Positions 13,001-24,766 of a stretch of DNA of 64,000 bases are shown piece after piece. This stretch comes from Chiloscyllium plagiosum. Taxonomy: Eukaryota. How positions within the stretch are numbered: position 1 is the stretch's first letter; each line of letters opens with the position of its first letter. The notes beneath the pieces were generated by a model that had not been told where the DNA came from, made no database searches, and was given only the letters and a program-made list of their open reading frames with translations. The stretch is from the NCBI RefSeq assembly GCF_004010195.1, contig NC_057719.1, positions 16,417,929-16,481,928 on the forward strand. The letters run 5' to 3'. The translations under genes and the position numbers were made by a program.

Positions 13001-13414
13001 GGTATCATCACTCATCAGCAACAGATAAAGACAAGAAATACAGGGTACTTCTAAATTTTGATAAAAAATTCAAACTCCCAAGTTATGGACTGAAAACATT
13101 TAGCAAACGATTTTTCATTTTAAATCAAAATTGTGCATGAATTAATCCTGTGCCAATAATTTAATATGATATTTTGAAAACCCTTATTGTTTCATATAAA
13201 AAAGTCCAACAGATCATTCCCTCTTGCACTGTTGTTTCCACCCAAGAATTGTCCTACAGTTCACAACATTTTAACTGTTGTTTCACCTCTTTTGGGAGCA
13301 AACCATGAGAGCAAACCATGAGAGCTGATAGAAATTCACTTGGATTCTTCTCAGTTTCCCAGTCTGGCACTTATATTTTCAGAGCTCTCAATCTATGAAG
13401 ACACCACTGCTTAT

Positions 13415-13702
13415 GGGCGGCACAGTGGTTAGCACTGCTGCCTCACAGCGCCAGAGACCTGGGTTCAATTCCCGCCTCTGACGATTCTCTGTGTGGGGTT
13501 TGCACATTCTCCCAGTGTCTACGTGGGTTTCCTCCGGATGCTCCGGTTTCCTCCCACAATCCAAAAGAAAATGTGCATGCTAAATTGCCCGTACTGTTAG
13601 GTGAAAGGGTAAACGTAGGGGAATGGGTCTGGGTGGGTTACACTTCAGCGGGTCAGTGTGGACTTGTTGGGCCGAAGGGCCTGTTTCCACACTAAGTAAT
13701 CT
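13415..13702 (+). mobile_element. HE1-type V-SINE
   Basis: tRNA-like head (gtggttagcactgctgcctcacagcgcc, ggttcaattccc), V-domain core (gtgggtttcctccggatgctccggtttcctcccac), CR1-like tail. Confidence 0.9.
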
Positions 13703-14486
13703 CTTCCACTAGCTTTACCTGGCAGATCTAACAACTTTAACCATTTTTGGACTATTCTTTCTGAACTGGGTCCCTCTCTGAATTATTGCTTAGCTGTTAT
13801 AAATCAGGAATACCTCTGTGCCTGAATCACCTTTATGCTCCTTGCTTTGGCTGCTAGCAGATACACAACTGCCTTCTCAGTCTACCACAGTGACTCTGCT
13901 CTCCCTCTTCCCACAGACACAGTTAATCCTAATACAAAAGGGCCTCCTACCAAAGACAACCTAGCACCACCTGGATATTCCAGATGGAGATTCTAATCAA
14001 TCATTGACAAATTTCAAACCTGCTGTTTGTTTTGAAAAATATGTAGACATTTTAAGATTGTCCCTTATTTACCTGTTGCTTTTTAATCTTTCTTTAAGAT
14101 GAGGATCACATGAATAATTCCGATCTTTAACAACACAAGGCAAGTTTCCGTTAAGTATCTTCGGCTCCGTAGGTAAATAACCCCACCTGCTGTTTTATGG
14201 TTCTTGACCTTTAACTCTTGACCTTATACATACTGTTTGCAAATAATTTGGGTCTAGCAACTTCAGAATCCCAAAGTTTCAAATATCTAACATTTAAAAA
14301 TTTCATTACCCTAAAACTAGAAAGTTACATTCCTAAACAACATGATCAATGAAGTTACATCAACCTGCTAGGAAAATAACCAGGATATTTTCAACAGTAG
14401 AATACTCTCATTTTAGATTACCATGGACTGTTGGAACTTGGATCATGCTCAGCAATTGAGAGAGAAATTTGGTCAAAAGTTCTTAC

Positions 14487-14546
14487 CTCGATTGTCTTTT
14501 GCAATTTGTATTTTTCATCCTCGCCAGAACTGTCTGAACCTTGACC
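14487..14546 (-). CDS. TRIP11: TRIP11 coding exon 5 (5' boundary 14546 via AAG acceptor, or 14555 if a non-canonical GG is used)
   Basis: (APK)GQGSDSSGEDEKYKLQKTIE resembles TRIP11 [23 protein letters not shown]. Strong donor GAG|GTAAGA. Phase 0-0 with either acceptor. Confidence 0.85.
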
Positions 14547-15310
14547 CTTGGGTGCCCAAAATAAAGTTTAAAAGGATTGAATTTATTTTCAAAACTACAT
14601 TTGCATCTTAGCCCAAGAAACATATGAATTACTTTTAAGTTGGTCATTGAGTTGACTCTTGCAAATTAGAGCAAATGCAAGTTCAGTAACTTTATAGAAT
14701 TAACACTAGAACCAGAGAAAGTTAACAGCACAGACTCACCAGGATCATGCATTAAGTTATGAAGCAAGATTTACAGTACTGGGAAAATATTGATCAGAAC
14801 AGAGGAGATTTTATAGAAGCTTTTAAAATTATAATAATTTTAAACAGAAAGAAAGAACATTGCTCTGATTGGGAAGTCAATGACAAGGGGTTACTAATTT
14901 AATGTGGTCACAGTGGTTCGAAAAAATATTTTTTCTTGGAGGATGGAGTGTTTTGTTTTGCTTTGCTCCAAAATATGGTTGAAACAGTAACCAATTCATT
15001 CTTCAAGGGAAAAAAAAATGTTTTAATGTTTGAAGCAGAGGAAGGCATCAGGACAGCCTACAGCAGTGAGATTGGATTTCAAGTGCTTCGATAAAATGTT
15101 GAGGAGACATGATGGCTTAATGAGTTGCTTCTGTGCTGTCACCTTTTCAGATTCTCTTTTAAGGAAGATGAACAGTCAAATAGAGATCTTTCAAGATGTA
15201 AAGGCTGACAAAATCATAACTGAGCAGAAAATCACTGGCACTATTCATAGCAAAATATTCATTATTTATTCTTACCAAACACAATAATCATAAAATAACT
15301 ACCCACAATA

Positions 15311-15605
15311 GGGCAGCACGGTGGCTCAGTGGTTATCACTGCTGCCTCACAGCACCAGGGTCTCAGGTTCAATTACAACCTCTGACGACTGTCTGGAGTT
15401 TGCACATTCTCCCAGGGTCTACGTGGGTTTCCTCTGGGTGCTCCAGTTTCCTCCCATAATCCAAAGATGTGCAGATTAGTTGAATTGGCCATCCTAAATT
15501 GTCCATAGTGTTAGGTGCATTAGTCAGAGGGGGGTAGGTTACTCTTCGGTGTGGATTTGTTGGGCCGAAGAGCTTGTTTCCACACTGTATGGTATCTAAT
15601 CTAAT
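15311..15605 (+). mobile_element. HE1-type V-SINE
   Basis: Same head, V-core and tail as the 13415 and 58341 copies. Confidence 0.88.
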
Positions 15606-15635
15606 ATCGTTGTTATACAATGCTAAATCAAGTGT

Positions 15636-15919
15636 GCATTTAAAATCCAGCACACTTCCTCTTGAGAATTACGCCACACATTTACGTTACGATTCACTTC
15701 GGTCAGACAGATCCAAATAACAGGATTGTGTTTTTGTTTAAAATGTAGTGTGATTTGTGAAATGGAAATTGGAGCAAAGGTCAAAGATCAGCACAACACA
15801 AGACTAAGCTCTTCAACCCACTAAGCCTGCGCAGACATGATGCCTTTTCTGAATAAAAACCTTTTGCATCTACACAGTGCATCTTTCTCTATTCACTGAC
15901 TATTCGTGTATCTATCAAA
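15636..15919. repeat. Direct repeat copy 1 (284 bp, identical to 17050-17333)
   Basis: Base-by-base comparison from gcatttaaaatccagc to tgtatctatcaaa shows no differences. Confidence 0.95.
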
Positions 15920-16346
15920 GAATGTCAATATCTCTTTCTCAACAGAAAGATTGAAATACTTGCATGCTTACTAAAATACATATGCTTTCATTTCTGTAAA
16001 ACGCTTCTGATGATATTTTAAGTCTTTGTATTCCTGAATCAGTGATCAATTTCTATCACTTTGCACGCTAAAACTATTTCCAAAACTGTTGACTGGAGTT
16101 GTCATGCACTGATCCTGTTTAATTGGTATGGAACAACATTTATGAACAATGTTCCTGTGCATTGAATAATGTGTTTACTTGATACAAGACAAATTAAAAT
16201 CATCCAGAACTCAAGTTGTCTGAACACTGGCATTCAAATATGCACACTGTAGAGGTTAATGAGGCAATATGAAAAAAATCTAAAAACCACAATGATCTAA
16301 CTGCTCCATCTTATGTTTGATCGCCTATATGAAGTCATCCACTAAC

Positions 16347-16616
16347 CTGGGCTAGCACTTTCCAATGGGCAACTTCAACTTCCAACCTAGAGACCTCTTT
16401 GGAAAGCCTGTTAATTTCGTGTTGGGACCAGATAACATCTCCAAAATCCATGGTATCCCCATGAAATGTGGATGTGTGAGGCACATCTACCGTCAGAAAG
16501 GCAGTGGAGGTTGTGCTTGAGGTAACACCAACTTGTGATGACTGAGCAGCAGATTGGAGCTTCTGTACTTGATCCTGTAAGGAATTCTGTCTTGCTTTCA
16601 ACAGGCTTATTGTAAC
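16347..16616 (-). CDS. TRIP11: TRIP11 coding exon 4
   Basis: Acceptor ttttaag, 270 nt, phase 0-0, [26 protein letters not shown]...[35 protein letters not shown], donor CAG|GTTAGT. Confidence 0.96.
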
Positions 16617-17049
16617 CTTAAAAAAAGACAAAATGATGAACGAGGCAACCGCAAGCACTGAGCTGAATTAAACCTCAATTCAAAACAAAGTAAAGGCACA
16701 ACAAATTAGAATATATATTAGGATTAATGTGATTTTCCAAACATGTAGTCATTTATAGCACAGGAGACGGCCATTTGAACCATTAAATTCATACCATCTC
16801 CTTGCAGAACAATCCAGTCAGTCAGTGAAGCATGTTAAATGCTGATTGATTCAGATTGTCTTATAACCCAATGAGAATATGGAGTCTTTAAACTGGCCTT
16901 AGGCTTTGCAGCAACAAATGAATTTGGTAATTAAAAATCTAGTGACGGTGATAAATTGACTATTTAAATACAATAAATTATGAATGTGTTCCCATTTCCT
17001 AGCTAATGTGTGCTCATCCTTCAAACACATAGCACATGGTTATGAAGTA

Positions 17050-17333
17050 GCATTTAAAATCCAGCACACTTCCTCTTGAGAATTACGCCACACATTTACG
17101 TTACGATTCACTTCGGTCAGACAGATCCAAATAACAGGATTGTGTTTTTGTTTAAAATGTAGTGTGATTTGTGAAATGGAAATTGGAGCAAAGGTCAAAG
17201 ATCAGCACAACACAAGACTAAGCTCTTCAACCCACTAAGCCTGCGCAGACATGATGCCTTTTCTGAATAAAAACCTTTTGCATCTACACAGTGCATCTTT
17301 CTCTATTCACTGACTATTCGTGTATCTATCAAA
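17050..17333. repeat. Direct repeat copy 2 (284 bp)
   Basis: Identical to 15636-15919 and continues into a CR1 3' end. Confidence 0.95.
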
Positions 17334-19400
17334 ATGTTTCTTAAACATTGCTATGGCATCTGCTTCTCCCATCTCTTCTGGCAGTTCATTCCAGGTGCTT
17401 GCTACACTCTGTAACAAAAAAACCTGCCTCTCATTTCCTTTACATTTTCCCCTTTTACGTTAAACCTATGCCCCCTAGTAACTGACATTTCTTCTCTGGG
17501 AAAAGACTCTGTCCATGCTGCTCATTATCTTTAAACATCAATCAGGTTGCCCACTCAGCCTCTGAAGTTCAAGTGAAAACAAAATAAGTGTGTCTAAACC
17601 CTCCTCATAGCAAATACCCTCCAAAGCAGGCAATATCCTGGTAAACTTTTCTGTACCCCAGGTCTGAAAGACTTAAAACACAGAACAGTAGATAAATCCC
17701 TGAGACCTGATCAAGTGTATCCCAGGACATTATGGGAAGCTAGGGAAGAAATTTTGGGGGTCCTAGCAGAGATGCTTGTATCATCTACAGCCAGTGGTGA
17801 GGTGCCGGAAGACTGGCAGGTAAATAACGTTGTGCCTTTATTTCAGAAAGGATGCAAGGAAAAGCCAAGGAACTATAGACTGGTGAGTCTGAGCTCAGTT
17901 GTGGGGAAGTTGTTGGAGGGGATTCTGAGACACAGGATTTATATACATTTGACGAGGTAAGGACTGATTAGGGATAGTCAGCATGGCTTTGTGCATGGGA
18001 AACCACTTGGTTTGAGTTTTTGAGGACAGAACCAAGAGGACAGATGACGGCAGAGCAGTAGGCATTGTCTACATGGACGGTCTTATTGCAGCTGTACAAG
18101 ACGTTGGTGAGATCACATTAGGAGCACTACCTGCAGTTCTGGTTGCCCTTCTAAAGAAATATTATTAAAACTTAAAAGAATGTAGAAAAGATTTACTAGG
18201 TTGCTACCTGGACCAGAAGATTCAAACTATAAGAAGTTGTTGGATAGGTTGGGACTTTTTGTCCCCTGGAGCATTGAAGACTGAGGGGTGACCTTAAAGA
18301 GGTCTATAAAATCGTGAGAGGCATAGATTAGGTAGATAGCCAACAGCTTTTCTCCATGGGAGGGGAGTATAAAACTAGAGGGCATAGGTTTAAGGTGAGA
18401 GGGGGGAGATATCAAAGATTTGAGAGAGGCATTTTTTCCCCCAGAGTGGCAAGTGTCTGGAACAGGCTGCCAGATGTATTGGTGGAAGGGAGTATAATTT
18501 AGTCATTTAAGAAACATTTAGACAGGTACATGGATGAAATAGGTATGGAGGGATATGAAGCAAATACAGGTAAATGGGACTAGCTTAATTGTGAAAACTA
18601 AGTGGTTCAGGTCTGTTTCCATGCCATAAACCTCTTTGACTCTATGGACCTGTACACCTAGATCCCTCTGAATTTTCATTTTCTGCTATTTACTGTATAC
18701 TTTGTTCCTGTAATAAATCTTCCAAAATGCATCACTTCAGATTTGCCAGGATTACATTCCATCTGTCATATCTCCACCCAAGTCGCCAACCTATGTATAT
18801 CCTCAACAGCTACAGCTCCCCAAACTTTTTGTCGCCCATAAACTTAGTAATCAGACCACCTATATATTCTCCTCCAAATCACTCATATATATTCAAACAA
18901 GAGGAGTCCCATCATGGATGGAACACCTCTCCATCTCCAGTCAGAGAACACCCTTCTACCACTACTGTCTTGTGACCATGCCAGTTCTATATCCATTTTA
19001 CCAGCTCACCACAGATCCCATGCAGCCTCACCTTCTGTATTAGCCTGCCACGAGTGGCCTTGTTAAAGTTCATGTAGTCAACATCACCACCCTGCGCTCA
19101 ATCATTTTTGTCACGCCTTGAAAGAAAAAACTCAAGTTTGAAATGTAACCTCCCCCACACAAAGCCAAGCTGTCTATCTCTAATAAGTCCATATTTTTCA
19201 AACTGCGAGTAAATCCTGTTCCTAAGAATCTTCTCCAATAATTTCTCTATGACGTAAGGCTCTTTGCCTGGATTATCCTGGTTACAATTCTTGATCAAAG
19301 GAACAACACTGGCTATTCTCCAGTGGGATCGCTCCTATGACTAAACATGATCTGAAAACTTTGTAGAAGGCCCCAGCAATGCCCTCCCTTGTTGGGAAAG
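17200..19400. mobile_element. Cluster of CR1 LINE fragments in alternating orientations
   Basis: Plus ORF 17715..17960 (VPEDWQVNNVVPLFQKGCKEKPRNYRLVSLSSVVGKLLE) and minus ORF 19098..19298 are CR1 RT N-terminal pieces. CR1 3' ends are also present. Confidence 0.8.
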
Positions 19401-19844
19401 ATTTTGAAATCAAACCCTGGGAGAGGATATTATTTTAGCAATAGAAATGTACACGTGTATACACACACACACACAAAATGAAATTAAGTGATTCTTGGAT
19501 TCTTTATTATTTTCCTTTCAATCTGAAAAGAAAGATTTTTTTCAATTCAAATTTTGATATTGCAGCCAAGAAAGAAAATTCATACACAGGAACTCCAAAG
19601 CTATTATTCTGTTGTGATTTAGGTTGTTAGTCAGTAAATCACTGAAAGGCCCCAGAGGTTTGATATCTGATTTGTGTTTTAGCTAACGTAATTAACTTCT
19701 TGGGATGCTACAACATCCCAAGGTTTTATTTCAGCTAAACCGGGAAAGGAAAAGCAAACATCCTATTAGGGTCTCAGAACCAATCTCTGGTCAGAAATCT
19801 ACGTTAGAGAGCCAGTCATTATGAAAGGACAGGATCAAGCAATT

Positions 19845-19998
19845 AGGAGACAGTGAGGTCTGCAAATGCTGGAGATCAGAGTTGCGAGTGTGTTGCTGGA
19901 AAAACACAGCAGGTCATCATTCTTGATGAAGGGCTCCAGCCCAAAATGTCGATTTTCCTGCTCCTCGGATGCTGCCTGACCTGCTGTGCTTTTACAAC
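19845..19998. mobile_element. Short fold-back Penelope-end insertion
   Basis: 11-bp TSD atcaagcaatt (19834-19844, 19999-20009). Inverted terminal segments around a decayed TTGATGA-A-GGGCT-CC-AGCCC-AAAA motif. Confidence 0.78.
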
Positions 19999-20286
19999 AT
20001 CAAGCAATTGGTCATCCAATAGCCTGTCAACACATTTGTCAATATGGACACATGAAAAATAATCACTTCAACAAGCAACAGGGCCAGACCAGTATCCACA
20101 AAGAAAATATTCGCCCATTCAACAAAAAAAATTCATGAGAAAGGACAAATTAACAGCTTGGAAGATAATTAAAATTGCCTGCAGTAGCCTTTATCTAAAA
20201 GGCACTTCACAATCTATTTGACCCTGAAACTAGAAGCCATATTGTAAAAAAAAAAAGAGTAAAAATACATTAAACCCTTGACCTAC

Positions 20287-20397
20287 TTCTTTCTGCTGTA
20301 GCTGGTTTCTGTATTCTGAAGACAGCTGCTTTATCTGGAGTTCTGCGGCTGCCTCTTTCTCTTCGAGATCAGAATAAAGTTTCTTCAACCGTTCATA
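20287..20397 (-). CDS. TRIP11: TRIP11 coding exon 3
   Basis: Acceptor ttccag, 111 nt, [37 protein letters not shown] (TRIP11 NERLKKLCTDLEEK...RNQLQQKE), donor GAA|GTAGGT. Confidence 0.95.
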
Positions 20398-21746
20398 CTG
20401 GAATTGGAAAACAAATGCATTTAAAAATACTTAAATGAAAAGGAAAATGTGCAGATATATAAAGAGATTTCTAAAATATACTGCATGAGTTTTCTTCAAA
20501 GTAAACAATAAGAGTTGTGCATAACATAGATTTAAATCCAGCTATGCCAATGTTTCAAGTCAAACAACAAAATTACTTTTGTTAGATGCCAATACACTTG
20601 AAAACGCTGCTATATTCCATGTGTTCACACTCCACAAACTTCGAATAAATGCAGAGCCAACATTTTGTTGCGGGATGTGATAACCTGACGGACTCTGAAG
20701 TGGAGCAAGACACCTCTCCAGGGAATCTTATTCTTTTACATTCTAATATTACATCAGATCCTGAAACTAGAGTCAAATACTCAGTGGATTTAGGAAAATG
20801 ACCTGTCCTGACTACTTCACTCTGGTTGAATGAACTGGTATTTAGAATGGCCTTCATTGTGAAGAAATTATGAGTTTGGAGTTTAACAAGTTAAATGGAC
20901 TGACTGTTGAATTTGATACTTTTTACTTTAAAATGCTCAATTGAAATTTATTTAATAATTAAATTCTGTTCGTCACAAACTATGAATTTCTAGGGGTATT
21001 TGATCCCCTAGTCACTGCAATTTCTCTTGCTTTTAAACTGCTGTGATGTGGGATACACTGGAGCTATTTTTACTTTTGACCAACTTGCATAAGAAAAATA
21101 ATTCACATTCTAGCTGATAAACTACTAAAGAACCTAATTGCTCTTCAACAAATCCAGTCTCCACTGAAAGAAAGACCAGACTTTACCTGAAAAGCAACAT
21201 TAAGGTTCTTTCCAATTCTCCGTTTCAACTATTTCCATATTGAGATGGCTCTAGAAGCCCATCCCAGCTGATCATGTGTGTTTTATGAAAAACATAATTA
21301 GAAGATTAATGGAATGAACTTCCACAGCTATGGGATGTATTATTAAAAGTCGAGGATTCTTCCAAGAGTTCACTGTACCCCACTGCATTGTGCTCAAATT
21401 TTCATTCAAACATCACATTATCGTGAATAATTTATTCCAATTTTACAGACCTTAACCCTATAATGAAGTTGAACAATTAAAACGTTCTATGATCAGAAGA
21501 ATCACACCAAGGTTGAAAGAGTTTCAAAACATGCCTAACTATCAAATCTGGTGCTGCACTCAAGTACAGACAACCTGTAAAACGACAAACTCGATTCTCA
21601 TACACAAAATTAATCAGACTTCAATGAATCAAAAAGATGAATGGCCAATGTTTCAAGAACATGGAAAACTTGAGTCATTTTAAACATTTGCCCAAGTAGA
21701 GTTTTAATAGTTCGCTATTTGTAGTATAAAGGATTTATGTACAAAC

Positions 21747-21823
21747 CTCTGATTTTTGTGTTGAGTAAGCTATTTCAACATCCTTCAGTCTGGAATTGGA
21801 TACATGCAGTTCACTGGCAGGAT
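21747..21823 (-). CDS. TRIP11: TRIP11 coding exon 2
   Basis: Acceptor cttcag, 77 nt, phase 1 to 0, (D)PASELHVSNSRLKDVEIAYSTQKSE, donor GAG|GTTTGT. Keeps frame between exons 1 and 3. Confidence 0.88.
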
Positions 21824-23285
21824 CTGAAGTTCAAGCACAGCACAGAAATGAGCATTCATTTTCACATGGTTTAACGTCATACTAATAAAATGATCCCTGT
21901 CTTTACCAATGGAACAGTAATCCATTAAACCAAGAATAAAATTTCAAATCTTTGACTTCAATTTCTTCCTTCGTAATATGCTGGCAAGTATCCTTTGGGT
22001 CCTTTGGAACTCTCTTCCTGAAAAAACAGCTGAAGCAGAGTCTACGAATATGGATCTATTAAGACAGAGATCTTTGTTAAGCAAGATGATGAAATGTTAT
22101 CACAGGTTCTGAAGACGTAGATGAAATTGTAATCAGATCAGCATGCAGAACAGGCTGAAAGGCTACTTCTGCTCCTTCGTCATATCTCTCAATGTCCTAT
22201 CTGTAACAATGCAAAATGCACACAGCACTATAGCTGTGGTCTAAGCAGTTTTTCTTGGACAAACCATTTTTTCACTCATGGAGCTCATTGCCCAGATGAA
22301 TAAACACCAAAATACTATTGATTTTTTTTTGTGGCTTTCATGGAATTATGGATTTTAACCCATTGGTTAATACTGATCCAAGAAACAGCCTATAACAAAG
22401 GCTCCCACTTGGACAATATTATTCTGCTGTATCTATAGGTAAAAATCAATGCATATCACTGCACAATCATGCTTACACAATATCTCCATCATTAGACTGA
22501 GTGAACCCTCATTCCCTAATTCTACCCTTTAAATATAACACATATGTATCCAGACAAACTGCAAAAATTCGACCAGCCACAAAACTAAACCTTGCTGAGC
22601 TCTTTACAGCCCCACATTCTTTAACAAACCTGTTCCCTCTCTCATTCACAGATTGAGATCGTGATTGCTCAGCTCAAATTTAAAAATATGTATATACCTG
22701 TAACTAAGCTAAAACAAACCAAACCATTCATTATTAATTTATGCTCAGAACACTAACGATATTTTTCACCTTCTGGAATACGTTTATTTTGTGCACAATC
22801 CATCTTAACTTTGGAGACAATCTACAGCTACCTATTGCTCAGATCATTCATATTTGCCTCTTACTGAAATTCCTCTTAACAAACAAGCTTCCTAATTTTT
22901 GACTCCTCGGCATACACTTCTGTTTTGTACTGAACCCAATAATGTTATGGTCATTATTTCTCAATTCATCCCCCATTCACAAATCAATTACCAAACTCAT
23001 TAAATTTAATTAACACAAACAATATCTCTTTAATTGTACTTTAAATGGACTCAGATACATATCCTAAAAACACTGCCCCTTTCACATTGTGTATTTCACT
23101 CTATTTTGGTATAATTAAAATTCATCCAATGTTCTGACATGTCTTGCTGAATTATTTGCAATCTCCCTACATTAGCATAAAAAGAAAATTTTGTTTCACA
23201 TTTTTGGCAACTGCAAAGAATGCTGAAGAAACTCAGCAGGGCCTATACTATAATTGCACCACTAAGGGCATCACACAAGGACGTA

Positions 23286-23512
23286 CAGGTCATTCTGCTC
23301 TACCATGACATTTGCGTTCCTCTGCAACCTCGCATTGTAGAAAATCATGCTGTGGAAAACTGCCAGAGAAAATAACGCTGTAGGATCACTAATAGAAAGT
23401 CACTATACCCGTTCAGTAGAAAATCCGTGTTATCCAAACAACGTTCACAATTCATCAATTCCGTTATAGCCAATTAACGTTGATGAAGTGTACGTAATAT
23501 CAGAACAACCTG
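23286..23512. mobile_element. Tc1/mariner-pogo (Tigger-like) MITE
   Basis: TA|CAGGTCATTCTG ... CAGAACAACCTG|TA: imperfect TIRs (10/12) flanked by TA on both sides. Confidence 0.7.
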
Positions 23513-24766
23513 TATGCTGGGGAATACTGGGAGTGGAAATGTTCCAAATGCAGAGTAATTTCCAAATTATTGTTGTTGAAATCTCTACAGTGATTGTAGT
23601 TCTGGGTGATTCTGAAGATTGCAATTTCATGGTGCACTATGGACTTGAGCACACGTAACTCAAGTTTACATACCAGTACCAAGAGTCACAGAGAGTCAGT
23701 GTTTTTACAACATGGAGAAAGGACCTTAGGACCCATTACTTCCATGACAGTCATCAAGTATCTATCTATCTATTATAATTCCATTTTCGAACACTTGGTC
23801 TGTAGCCTTTTACGCTATAGTGTTTCAAGTGCTTATCTAAATGCTTCTTAAACATTTTGATAACTCCTGCCTCTATCACCCTTTAGGCAGTGAATTCCAG
23901 ATGTCAATCACCCTCTGGGTCAATTTTTGTTTCTCAAATTCTCACGAAATCTCCTGTTCCTGATGTTAAAACAACACCCTCCAGCCATGTAAAAGTTCTC
24001 TGGAATATTATTTCTCACAAACTTATTCTGGTTTAAAGCTAATGAACCAACAAATGAATACCAAGATTCAAGCGAGTGTATTTTATAGAAATAATGGAAG
24101 TATGGCATAGTTGTACTACCATATCAATCCTGCCTGAGTACAATGGCCATCCTGAGAGACAAAGCGCCATGTAAGTACTCACTATTCTCCAAAGGATTGT
24201 CACACAAAACTCAAAAATACTTTTCCATCCTTATATTCCCACGAGTGAATTCTAGTCTTCTATATGAACCACCTTTAAAGAGGACTTTGACTATTTTGTT
24301 GTCATATCCACTGATCGCATTTTTAGGTATTTATTCAGCTACATTTTTCTCTTCAATTCAAATACTTTTGCTCTAGGTTACAGTCCACATGCACACACAC
24401 ACACACATACCCCTCCTCCCCAACTCTGATGAAAAGTTAAGGAAGGATTGGTTCAGATGAAAAGTAACAACCTGAGATGTGAACTGCTTTTCTCTCTCCA
24501 CAAATGCTGCCAAATCTGCTCAGTGTTTCCAGCACTTTTTCCAACATCCACATCATTTAACTTTTGGATTAGTTTAATTTGCTGCAATTTCTATTTTAGG
24601 AATGCCAACCTTGAAGTTCGGCTCAATTCTGCCATTCCTACCTTTTTCCCTTGTTCACCTTCATTGTTTGAGCAAACACCAGATGTGAAATTTCAGTGTT
24701 CGACCACATTTTCTTCAGCAGCAACTGTCCCTGGCTCTAATTTATTCCTTGTGAATGCCAACTGTA

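Noticed and set aside
13200..14300. Possible second LTR-like segment around the 13415 SINE
   Set aside because: I could not define TG...CA termini or a TSD.
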